A DNA stretch of 64,000 nucleotides from Adineta vaga (Eukaryota > Animalia > Rotifera), in contig CP075492.1 of the NCBI GenBank assembly GCA_021613535.1, positions 8,990,001-9,054,000 of the forward strand, given 5' to 3'. Under the pieces are notes generated by a model. The model was not told the DNA's origin, made no database searches, and worked only from the letters and a program-made list of their open reading frames with translations. A program made the translations under genes and the position numbers. This document shows positions 1-11,851 of this stretch, in pieces; position 1 is the first letter of the stretch, and each line of letters starts with the position of its first letter.

Positions 1-73
1 AAAAGAAAAGAAAAGAATATAGATCAGAAAAGAAAAAATATGCGTATATATATATATATTTGTTAGTTATTGA

Positions 74-762
74 TTAGTCGCAACCAGGTTGATTTTTTGT
101 TGTCATAATTAAAGCAACAATTAAACCATAAAGACCAAGTACTTCAGCAAAAATTAAGATCAAAATCATTCCAACATATAATCTGAAGAACAAGAAAAAT
201 CAACAATATATTCGATGCATAAATACTATATCATAATCAATTCACTTACCGTGGTTGTTGAGCTGTTCCACGTACACCAGCATCACCAACAATACCAACT
301 GCAAATCCAGCAGCTAAACCACTCAATCCAACGGATAATCCCGCTCCCAATTGAAGAAAAGCTCTGCAAATATTGATGATTTTATATAACAAACTTCAAT
401 TAAATCTAAGTCTTACTTATAAAGACCATAGTTTTCTGCGCTAATATTATTCGCAATGAGAACAGCCACGACCAAACCATAAATAGCAATAATACCAGCC
501 ATAACTACAGGAATGACACTTTTCATTATAAATTCTGGTCTCATAACAGCCATAGCAGAGATACCACAACCAGATTTTGCAGTACCATAAGCAGCACCGA
601 ATGCTAAAATAGAACAAGAAAATAAATGAATTTGTTTTTGCTTTTTGTTTTTACATAACAATCAGAAAATCATTTACCGCTAAAGACTACTGCTGCTGTG
701 GCACCCATAGATCCGAAGAAAGCTGAGTAAGCAGGACATTTTTCAGTAACAGCAGATGACAT
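74..762 (-). CDS. ATP6V0C: V-type ATPase 16 kDa proteolipid subunit c (4 exons: 762-678, 603-417, 363-250, 182-74)
   Basis: Spliced protein [40 protein letters not shown]...[20 protein letters not shown]...[20 protein letters not shown], with the proton-carrying Glu; canonical GT-AG introns. Confidence 0.97.
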
Positions 763-2080
763 TGCAATGAGGATTTGAAGATACTGAGAGACTTGAGTAA
801 TAAATTGAGAAGACGATTATCTAGAATAATCAAAAAAAGACTATGTTCATATAGTATTCAAGAAATTGAATTTAATATTTTCGTTCGATTCATACAATGC
901 ATATCGTTAGTTATATCATTTTTATCAATGATGATTTACTGCTGCATGAAAATGAAATGAAAATAGTGTTGATGTTGCGTTTTTCTTCATATGATATTAA
1001 TGATGAAAAATAAGTTTTATATTCTCACTTATCAATTACAAGCCTTCCGGTAGTTTTTATTAACATAAAGTAACTACTCCTAGTTTTATGTCGATATGAG
1101 AAGAAAATGTAAAGTCGTACGATGATAATATGATATAACGAATAATAATCAAAAAGCGTCATAGTTTCTCTGAACAAATAATAAATAACGATTCATCATC
1201 ATCATCACCATCAAAAACAGATCGTCGCGACACGCATTTTTTGTTTCTTTCATCCATTATCAATTTGTTGATTGACTCTCACCATTCACACGCTATTTTT
1301 TTGAAAACATAAATTTATCGAAAAAGAATTCAAAAGAAAAGAAAAGATCTAAATATTTTCAATTATAAAAATGACACGAATGATTTTTTTCTGATTAATC
1401 AAAAGAGAGGATTGAAGAATAAATTTGATTGGTCGACAAAGGGAAGCACAGAATGAAAAATGTTATCAATTGAATGAATGCTCGATTCAAACTATACTAT
1501 ATTACAAATGTATTGTTACACCTCGATGAACTAATATATATGAACGCTACTGAAACGAATTTATTGTTAAGAAAATTAATTGTCAAAATCTGAGAAAGAT
1601 TTACAAGTTGGATGTATAAATTCACTTTTGCAGCACATATTCGTACAGAATGAGAAGCAATCAAATACTAACATTCAATAGAATTGAATGGAATGTAATA
1701 GAATTTAGTAGTGATATTACAGTGTATAAACGTTCAGGTTATGAGTACTTTCTCGTACATCATGTTCACCCTTTCATAATTTTCTTACATCCTGTCGAAT
1801 ATTTGTTGTGATAGAATATTGACAACTAATCTCTTATTTTGTTCACGGAACTTCACATAGAGAAAGATATGATTTGATCATATTAGAAACTAACAGAGAA
1901 AAAAATCACTTTAATTGCTAGACTTTTTTTTACATACAAAAGAAAATCAATAAAATATTTAACCATCCTACTTTTACGACATGATGAAAGTATTGAGTTA
2001 TAATAGAGGCTACTAATCATCTGAGAAGAAAGAGAAAAAAAAACAGTTGTGATTGAAAAAGAGTTTATTTTCAACACACA

Positions 2081-2713
2081 ATGTTAAAGACACCATTTAT
2101 ACCATATAGTGAAAAATTACTCGAAGCAGCACATCGTCGTAAAACTAAAAAACAGTATATTATCCAAGTTTTTGTTGGACTAAAAAGATAATTTCTTTGT
2201 GTTTTTTACAGATCACCTTCAGCCAAGGCGCCTACTTTACATATTGGTGATCAAGCACCAGATTTTTCTCTTTATAATACAGCTAATGAACAGATAGCAT
2301 TACATGATTTAATTGAAAAATCCAATATTGTACTTCTCTTCTTTCCACTAGCTTTTAGTGATGTATGCACAAATGAATTATGTTCAATTCGTGATAATAT
2401 GAATAGATATGAACAATTAAATGCAACTATTCTTGGTATATCTGTTGATTCAATGTTTGCTTTAAATAAATTTAAAGAAGAACATAAATTACAATTTGAA
2501 TTGTTATCTGATTTTAACAAAGATGTTGCTCGACAATATCATGTTCTTTATAAAGATTTTCCATTATTCAATATGAAAGATGTAACAAAACGTGCAGCAT
2601 TTGTTATTGATCGGAAAGGACTAATTCAACATGTCGAAATATTAGATGAGCCCGGAAATATACCAAATTTTCATGCCATCGAAGAAACTTTGGATAAATG
2701 TCGAGAAGAATAG
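2081..2713 (+). CDS. Peroxiredoxin, AhpC/TSA family, AhpE-like bacterial type (exons 2081-2154, 2212-2713)
   Basis: IGDQAPDFSL...VLLFFPLAFSDVCTNELC (PxxxSxxC peroxidatic motif), GISVDS, LLSDFN, RAAFVID; one 57-nt phase-2 intron. Confidence 0.9.
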
Positions 2714-4169
2714 AATGGATTGGATAAAATTAAAATGAACAATTCTTTTTCTAAATAAATGTTTGAAGAACAGATTTAGTTTTAAAATAATAAATAAATG
2801 GTGTAGTCGCATCCATTGATTAGATGGTATTCGAGCTTCACTCGAATAGGAAATACGATGCGAACCGAATGTCATGATTAAATTTCGATATTTTTCTCTA
2901 ATTAGAATTTTATAGATAAGATAGACAATGGTCGTGAGCTTCTCTCACTTTTCCTTTTCTTTCTTTTCAGTACGCTGTTATTCTCTCTATTGAGAGGAGA
3001 ATATACGCAGAATGAGTTAGACAGTTAAATTAAGTGAAAGCACAATAAATTAAGTTTAGAATGAAATATTTAAAATAAATTGACGAAAATAATTTCGAAT
3101 TTCTTTATATTTTGTATGGATAATGTTTTAAAATTTTGATTCAAATGAGGTTTAATTCTAATTTAATTTTGCCTGGTGATCTGACAAATGATCATTTTTC
3201 AAGATTGATTGACAAATACGGTGCAACGAAGTAAATGACATCGTTGTATCAATTAATGATCTTTTCAGTTAATCGTAAGATAAGCTACGCTCAATCAGTG
3301 TTTAGTGAAATCTGAATAATTTTTATGGAACTCATCTGTATTCGAAAGCTATTCGTCAATCTTCTATGAAATTTCTCTGTGATCAAATTGTTATCTATAG
3401 ATTCAGTTTTCAAAACATAAAAGAGAAGGTCGAATCGTCGAAGAGAGTCTGTGAAGAAGAATAGCTTTGTTAGATTTACGTAAATTTTATACTTTAACGT
3501 CACTTTTTGTTATTCATCCTGTTTTTACTTTATTCTATGTAAAATAATCATTCTAACGGAGTAAATGTACTTGATTAATAAATAAATACTAATATTTTGT
3601 AAATCTTTGTGGTTATTGTTCTTTATCAATAAAGTTATAACACAAAACCATGCGTTAGATATCTCAAATAGTTTAACGTATAATAACAGTTTATACTCAA
3701 CAAAAAGATAAATGATAAATACGAAAATAAAGAACAAGTTCAACATCATAGATACTCGCTGTATATAAATATTAGTTTGTATCTAACAAAAACCATAATA
3801 GGAGCATGGAACTATTTTATCTGTCTAATCCATTTTCATCATTTTACTCTATGCTTATTCGTTGTATAGTATGGTATATAAATGAAAAACAACTATCTTG
3901 CTGTCAGTATATTCATTATTAAACAATATTACAATTATGACTTTTAGAACAGATGAATAAAACTGAACTGAATAAAATAATTTTCATAGAATATTGAGAG
4001 TATAGTAAAAAAAGAGAATAACACTTGCAATAATCTTCATTGACTTTTCACAAATTATCGAAATTTCAATCATTCTTTTATTATTCAAAACTCGATCATC
4101 TCGACAACGTGTACAACTGAATTATTATTGACTGTTTTTTTGTATTAGAATGTTATATTACGCTATTTG

Positions 4170-4635
4170 TTAACCAACAAGACCACTACGCCATATACCA
4201 CCACCAATTCGTGTCGGTCGTGATCTTTGTGAAATTATATCAGCAAAACGTTTTCGTCCTAAAGATTCCATAGGTCGACGATTTAGTGAAGCCCATTTAA
4301 AATACTGATCTTCGCCTGAATCCCAAGCATCACGTTTCTCTTCATCGACTGTTTCATCAGTTTCTGCTGAAGTTAATGGTTGATTTTCTGCTTTTATTGT
4401 TGTTGCCAATATAGATTGACGATTTCGGAATTCTGATGAAAGTTCATCATATTTTTTATTCATCGATTGACGAAGTAAATCATAGAAACGAACCTTGCCC
4501 TCAGAACATGAAAGGACTAAAAAAGAAAATGAAATATAGAAAATTGTTTCAAAAAAATGTTTTTATACGGAACTTACCAGTATCAACAACCGACAAGATG
4601 ATGAATAATGAACATAACATATAGATTGACTTCAT
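4170..4635 (-). CDS. Neuropeptide/peptide-hormone precursor (exons 4635-4578, 4516-4170)
   Basis: Spliced N-terminus MKSIYMLCSLFIILSVVDTVLS is signal-peptide-like; acidic spacer, then KR-DAWDSGEDQYFKWASLNRRPMESL-G-RKR-FADIISQRSRPTRIGGGIWRSGLV-G-stop (dibasic sites and amidation glycines). Confidence 0.75.
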
Positions 4636-4717
4636 TGTTGTGATTTTTGAAATAATACAGTAAATGCTACTTTAGTGAATAACTGAATATAGAAGAGGAA
4701 AATCAACTCACTTGGTA

Positions 4718-5212
4718 TTTATAAGATACGATTGAGAAACATCTGGCCGAATTGACGTGCGCGCACAATTTCATTAATACGTCATTTAAACACAATACTT
4801 TATATTCATCAACGCACATCGATAGAGACATCTGAACAGAAGGTAAGCGAAGAACACATATTGATAAGTGTTTTCTTCCGGTTGCAAAAAGTTTATAGAA
4901 TAATCACTTAAAAATAGATTCAAATAAGATTTATATAAAAACCATATCTCTAATAATACGTAACTGATTTTTATGAAATGACGTCTCACTTACGCGTTAA
5001 CTATTGCTCGCTTACGTATTATATCTGTATACGTAAATTATGGATCTTACGTCAAGAAAAAAAATCATCTAATATTATTTCGGCTCTTATTCATTTTAGC
5101 ACGAGATCATTTGTTCATATTTTTATTATTCTATGTCTCTACCGAAGAAGGTTATCTGTTCTTTTTTTTATATAGATCGTATCTGTAGAGTATGTAGAAG
5201 TCTACCAGACGT
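4718..5212 (-). promoter_or_regulatory. Putative TATA box plus cluster of CRE/bZIP-like ACGT sites upstream of the neuropeptide gene
   Basis: TATAAA on the minus strand at 4718-4723; ACGT cores at 4755, 4779, 4958, 4981, 5014, 5031, 5049 and 5209. Confidence 0.4.
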
Positions 5213-6294
5213 AATATATCAGACTTTTCCTGATTTCATGACATGATTTAATGATCAAAACCAATGAAATAAGTATCGCGATTCATTGTATTTTTTTCGT
5301 TTGTAACAGACAAAACATTGAAGATCATTATATATTAGTAATTAATTATATATGTCAAATACATTAAAACTATTTATTATATCGTAATACACCTGTGATC
5401 AGTTTTCTTCTCAATAAAGCTACTGTTTCATACTATATGAAGTTATCAGCAAGTACTAAGCCACTAATGTTGTTGTATTTTCTTTAATCTACTCAGTGCA
5501 AAGCCAGACCAAATGAAATCGAGTGACGCAAGCATTGATATCTTTGTAACATATTAATATTTGAAGTAACATTTTCGATATCAATGGAAACAATTATATC
5601 TCGATTAAAAATCATGGATACATTCTGACTTTTTCTATAAAATAGGGGAAAATCATACTATTGAATATAAATCTAAGTATCCTGTGCATTAGATGTTATT
5701 TATAGGAAACAAGTTAACTTCATGATATTTCTTTTAGATAATTCTTCGAGCAAAATTAAGCATGTGCTTAGAGATCATTTTGATCGTGGATGCTAATATA
5801 GTAATTAGTAGCGTCATTTATATATCTTACTTCTATTCGTAGTTGCATGGAAAGATTATGAAGAAATCATATTGAACATATATACGATTAACAAGCAATA
5901 TGATTTACAAAATGTGTCTTCACAAATATATCTGAATATTAGACTTGTAAATTAAAATAACACTCATAATACTAAGTAGTTAATATTTAAATTGCAAGTC
6001 TATAATATAAGTCAATGAGAATTGAATTTTCTACAGTATTCTTACTATTTATTCATCCACCAAAAAGTCACATGAACTTATTTCAAGTACTTTAGCCGTA
6101 GAGTAAAATGTCATTTATTTTCAGTTAAATCTTTTAGATTATTTTTTAAAAATATCTTCTAAGCATAGTTTTTCGCACATATAAAAAAAGATCCTCTTTT
6201 CTTAATTGCAAACGATAGTCTACATCATAAATTATCTTCTCAAACAATCCAAAGGAAAACACACTACACTTATTCGCAACAGAGAGCAGCTGCA

Positions 6295-7246
6295 ATGTCG
6301 ACATCCATGGACTACGAACTAATTTTAACATTAATATCAATCCAAGAAAGGTTATATAGATTCGGCGGTCCAATTCTGATGATCTTGGGTACGATAAGTA
6401 ATCTATTCAGTATACTTGTTTTTACTCAAAAACTACTTCGAAAAAATCCTTGTTCAATCTATTTTATGGCATTCAATATTGCCAATTTAATGCTGATCTA
6501 TGCATCATTCTTACCTCCTGTACTTGAAATAGGTTACAATATTCAGCATACATCATCGAATCTGGTTTTATGTCGACTACGACTCTATGTAGCATTTGTA
6601 TTCAATTGCTTATGTCCATCTTATTTAATTTTGGCTTCTATTGATCGTGTTATGATAACATCCGCAAATGCTCGTAATACGACAATATAGTACCCGACGA
6701 AATGCTTATATATGTGTCATCTGTGCTGCATTCTTATGGTTTTTATCTTTAATTCATGTTGCGATTTTTTCTACTTTTGTAGAATTAATTCCAGGCACTA
6801 TCTCCTGCTATTTACAACTGGGTTCTTATACAGTAGCAGTTACTTTTGGTTCTTGTATTAAAGAAATTACAACACCAATTTTGATGGTTATACTTGGATT
6901 ATGGACGGTGAAGAATACTCGTCGAACACGACATGCTAGAGTTATACCATCTAATAGTGGTGCACAAATTTCTCAATCGAAAGATCGTCAACTAGTTTCT
7001 ATGGTATTAACCGATATAATTATCTATATTCTATTCAGTTTAGTGATGACAATCTCATTGATGTATCGACAATTCACACAAAATCAAGTTCAAGGTTTAC
7101 AAGAACTGATCATCCAAGGTTTTATCGGAAATGTTGCAATGTACAGTGCGCACATTCCATTCTGTATTACTTCTTATGCGCATTTATTATTATCAAAAAC
7201 ATTTCGAAATGAATTAAAAAGTGTCATTATACGTTTCATTTTTTAA
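6295..7246 (+). CDS. Rhodopsin-like 7TM GPCR of a rotifer-expanded family, split by a +1 frameshift near 6672
   Basis: KNPCSIYF, LASIDR (DRY-like) and KDRQL motifs; TMs run across two overlapping ORFs with no intron at the junction. Confidence 0.8.
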
Positions 7247-7413
7247 TTCATGAATTTATATAACGCACTTTATTTCACACCCTTGTCTCTCTTGTAATCT
7301 TATTTATAGTTGAAAATAAAAAGTCATTAAAATATTTATTAATATCGTTTTTTTCTTAATCTGATAAAATGATTATTCACATACGATACGATAAAAATGT
7401 TCATTTAAAAGTA

Positions 7414-7438
7414 CTCTCTCTCTCTCTCTCTATCTATC
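7414..7438. repeat. (CT)n/(CTAT) microsatellite
   Basis: ctctctctctctctctctatctatct. Confidence 0.7.
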
Positions 7439-7616
7439 TTACAAAGATAAATACTGAGCAGATTGTCAGTATGTCAAGACGTAATACATGTTAGATAGAA
7501 ATTGCACATTGATAATACGATTCATCTATGAACTTTATTTTTTGAATCAACAAAAAAAAGAATTACATTTTATTTATCACAAATGTACAAAAAAAGAAGA
7601 TATACCAAAAAAAAAA

Positions 7617-9546
7617 TTAGTTTTGTTTAAGAAGTACTTTACCATCAAATGGTTGGAGATTAAGTTTAAATGTGCAATTTTTTACTGTATATGTTTCATT
7701 TGTTAACCAATCAATCCATCGACCATTAGTATGATTCTCTGTAATTTCAATACCATTTTTTATCTGATCAGAAAAATTTGTGACTATAACAATATCTGAC
7801 GATCTTTTATAAGCTAATAGACGTTGCTCAACATTTTCATAAATAAACTTCGTTTGATCATATGCGTTTTTATTTAATATTGTTCGTCGAAATTCAATCA
7901 AACGTTTAAAGATCTGATGTAGATTTTTATTTGGTTCCTGTTCTAACAATGACCATTGCATTGGGATTACTTTTCGATGTTGATTCATTGTTCCTAAGTG
8001 TCTTGCTTCACCAAATTCATCACCTTGCCATATCAATGGAGTACTAACTGATGTCATAAGAATAATTGCACCGAGACGTGCACGTTGAAATGCATCATTA
8101 TCATCACAAGCTTTTCCAAGATGACCAATTAAATACATTAAACGTTCATTATCATGACAAGTTAAATAATTTACAAGATTTCGTGTACTTATGATATATT
8201 TCAGACGATCTAATTCAAATTTATTTTGATTAACTAATGCTTCAGAGAGAACACCATGAAATGTCGATGACCAACATGCATCGACTGGTCCATTATTTGC
8301 TTTGAGAATATCAGGTTGTTCAGGAACGTATTCAGCTTGACTAAAAAATGGTTGAGTAAGACGAGTAGATCGAGCTATTTGATCTAAATCACGTAGAATA
8401 TCATAATTATCCATTTGTTTCGCTGGAAAAGAAATCGAATAAATTTATCCAGTCGTGATTATCAAATTAAATTACCAGCATCAAATCGAATTCCATCAAA
8501 ATGAAATTCTCCAACCCAATATCGAACAACATCTTGTGCATATTTTACAGCAGGTTTCAATTTTAAAGTTTCATCGTAATAATCATAATTAAATTCTGCT
8601 CCCCAATAACAAGGATCTTCAGGATGATGTTTATCTTTATAATACTAAATAAAATATAAAATCTTTCAGTATTATAGTGATCATTGTAAATTTTGTTACC
8701 CAGTAATGTTTATCGATAAGTACTAATGGACATGCTAAACTTGAATGATTGAAAACTCCATCGAGAAATACACGAATACCACGTTCATGACATTCATCGA
8801 CGAGTTTTTTTAGATCATTTTTCGCTCCATACGTTGCTTTTAATGCAAAATGATGAGTTGGACTGTAACCCCAATTATGTTCATTTCCCATATAGTCTAT
8901 TCAATACATAGAGAAGAACAAATTACATCGACTCGATTTTCTTCTATACTCTACCATGAATAGGCATAAGTTCAATAGCATTAATACCAAGATCAGTAAG
9001 ATAATTTAACTTTGATAAAACACCTGAAAATTGTCCATTTTCAGTAAAATCAGCAACATAGATTTCATAAATAATCAACTGATCATTTTCTGGAAGTTTT
9101 ATATGATCATATTTCCATTCGTATGGTTCGTCATATTTCATTCCATTTTTGATTGTGATTAAACCATGCCGATGTTTTATATCAAATTTTTCTACATAAG
9201 GATCGACCACCGATGTCCAATATTTTTGTTTAGCATTTTTTCGAATGAAAAATTTATATTCATGTTCACCATCATTGATATGTGAAGAGGATGGCATTCG
9301 AAATACACCTGATTTGACGTCTTTTTCCATAGATATTGGTTTCCAATGTGAAAATGAACTAACAAGATTGACTTCAGCAACAGTTGGAGCAAATAATGAA
9401 AGAATTTTCGATGATGAAGTCTTAGTATCTGATTTCGATGAATGACCAGAAAAATTACTATTATTGCTGGATTGACGATAATACTTGAATGGTAAGGAAG
9501 ACAATAGTTTATGTGAAGATGAATTTTTACTTATAAATGATATCAT
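7617..9546 (-). CDS. GH13 alpha-amylase/branching-enzyme/TreZ-like glycoside hydrolase with N-terminal CBM48-like domain (exons 9546-8955, 8896-8700, 8644-8476, 8422-7617)
   Basis: [41 protein letters not shown] (nucleophile D), AEYVPE (acid/base E), NYLTCHD (stabiliser D), [10 protein letters not shown]. Confidence 0.92.
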
Positions 9547-9764
9547 CTTGATAGATCTGAAATAATGAGGAATGTCGTGATCAATATTCACGTAAAAAAA
9601 ACGATAGATATACTGCAAATTAATTTATATATCGAAAAGTAAAATCGTACAAAAGTTCATAGTAGTCTATAACCAACTGTTAATACAGAATCAAAAGAAT
9701 GAATGAAAGAATGAAATATTAGTTCCATTGCAAAATACGATCGATCAATTCAGAACTTTTTCTA

Positions 9765-10755
9765 TTATGGTGGCATACGAAGTGCACCATCTAAACGAAT
9801 AACTTCTCCATTTAAATATGGATTTTCAACGATTGTTTGTGCTAAACGAGCAAAATCATCAGATTTACCAAGTCTTCGTGGAAATGGTACCATATGTCCA
9901 AGTAATAGTCGAACTTTCTCTGGTAAAGCTGCAAGTACTGGTGTGTAAAAAACACCAGGAGAAATAGCACAAACTCGTACACCCATACTGGCAAGATCTC
10001 GTGCTAATGGTAGAGTCATTGAAACAATGGCACCTTTCGAACCGGCATATGCAACTTGTCCAATTTGACCTTCATAAGCAGCAATGGATGCAGTATTTAC
10101 AATGACACCTCGTTGTCCTTCAGGATTAGGTTCATTATCAGCCATTATATGACAAGCCCAACGAATGACATTAAATGTGCCACATACATTGACGTTGGTG
10201 TACACGATTGAATTCACTGAGACTATGTATTGAATGCTGAAGAAAGACAACATATTTTAAATAACAAAATTATGCATGTATCGACTTTTTACTTTATTGA
10301 TATTGTATGTTCGAAGAGCAATACCAATTCCTGCACAATTAAGTAAGACATCAAGTCTTCCATACTGTTGTTTAATTTTATTCAACATTGTCTTGACTTG
10401 TTCTTCATTAGTCACATCTGCAGAAACGAATGTAGGCCTTTCTAAAGTAGAAGTAACTTGTGTATTTTGATTTCCACTATTCGATTTTGATTCTGATTGA
10501 TTTGCCTGAAATTTAAGGAGATCTTCAAACAATAAAAAGAATCCTATGCATTACCGTTAATTTCTCATCCGGTTCATTGATTACAGAATTAGAAGATGAT
10601 GCATATCCTGAAGACCATTGACTAACAATCTCATTGCCTTTCGAAGAAGGTAAATCACATATAATTACTCGAGCACCTTGTCGAGCAAATCGTTTAACAC
10701 AAGCAAGACCTAAACCAGCTGCACCACCAGTTACTAATGTGACCAAACCGTTCAT
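9765..10755 (-). CDS. HSD17B10: 3-hydroxyacyl-CoA dehydrogenase type-2 / 17beta-HSD10 (3 exons; apparent +1 frameshift near 10200)
   Basis: [66 protein letters not shown]. Confidence 0.93.
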
Positions 10756-10889
10756 AACTGTCACTGATTTAATCTGTTATTTATATCTACAATAAAAAAT
10801 GAATCTTTCTTTTTTTTTCTAGATGGTTTCTAAGGTTTCAATATAGATATTTTTTTAGTCATTGCCTCTTTTTTTTTGTCGGTCTGATA

Positions 10890-11309
10890 ATGAAAGAATG
10901 TCATCGTTTAGGAATAAAAAATTTTCAAAGTAATCGTCAACCTGGACAGATTAATCTTCAATTTGATCTATGTGTCAATGATCCGTCTGCTCCGCGACAT
11001 GCGTCAACCAAAATCGAAAATTACGATAAGATAATTTCATTATTAAATTCTTATCCAACGAAAAAGTCCACTCGTGATTGGTCACAATTATATTACTATT
11101 TTAAACTATTGATTCATTTCTTTATTAATACTATCTATTTAATATTTTGTCGTATGTTATGTTTCATCGTCAAATATCTAATTTATCTAGTGTGGTATCT
11201 ATTGAAAATCTTCCTTTGTACAATTTTTCGTATACTAACCAAATCGGTCATATATCGTCGAGAAACATTTATCTCTCATCCAGTTCGATGTTATCATCAT
11301 CGTTTCTGA
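10890..11309 (+). CDS. Hypothetical protein with hydrophobic C-terminal half
   Basis: 139-aa ORF filling the gap between genes, preceded by a polypyrimidine-AG; no family recognised. Confidence 0.4.
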   Translation: MKECHRLGIKNFQSNRQPGQINLQFDLCVNDPSAPRHASTKIENYDKIISLLNSYPTKKSTRDWSQLYYYFKLLIHFFINTIYLIFCRMLCFIVKYLIYLVWYLLKIFLCTIFRILTKSVIYRRETFISHPVRCYHHRF

Positions 11310-11851
11310 AACGCGAGTACGTACGTACAAGACAAAAACAAAATCATTATTATTGTTACCATTTGATTTAGTAGTTATTAAATAATTGGATTAAACAGAA
11401 TCATATGTCCATGATGAATACAATATCATATCATCATTTTTGTATTGATTGATTGATTGAATGTATACTATAAAGATTTGATGTACGTAATATTCTATAG
11501 AAAAACAACGAAACAGATGTCGCTATGAAACAAATGACATACTTACAACAATCTTTCGAAGTACAATAGATATATTATTTAGATGATGTAGAAATGATTG
11601 ACTTCAACGAATGTCAAAGGTTCTAAAAGTTCTCTACCAAAACACGATTTTCTTCTCATTTGAAAGATGTAAAACTGTACAATTCATCACCATCAAACAA
11701 AAATTAATAGTATATATTTATAAAATAGATAAAATAACAAAAAAATAATAGTATTTAAATTATCTGTCCAATTTGTTTGAATAATACATGTCGAACAAAT
11801 AATAGAACCATATTTAGTGAAACATAGACCGTTCTTCTCTTCACAACAGAT

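Noticed and set aside
2807-2863. tRNA-Sec (CTTCA loop) or hammerhead ribozyme
   Set aside because: No T-arm or variable arm, and no CTGANGA core correctly spaced from GAAA
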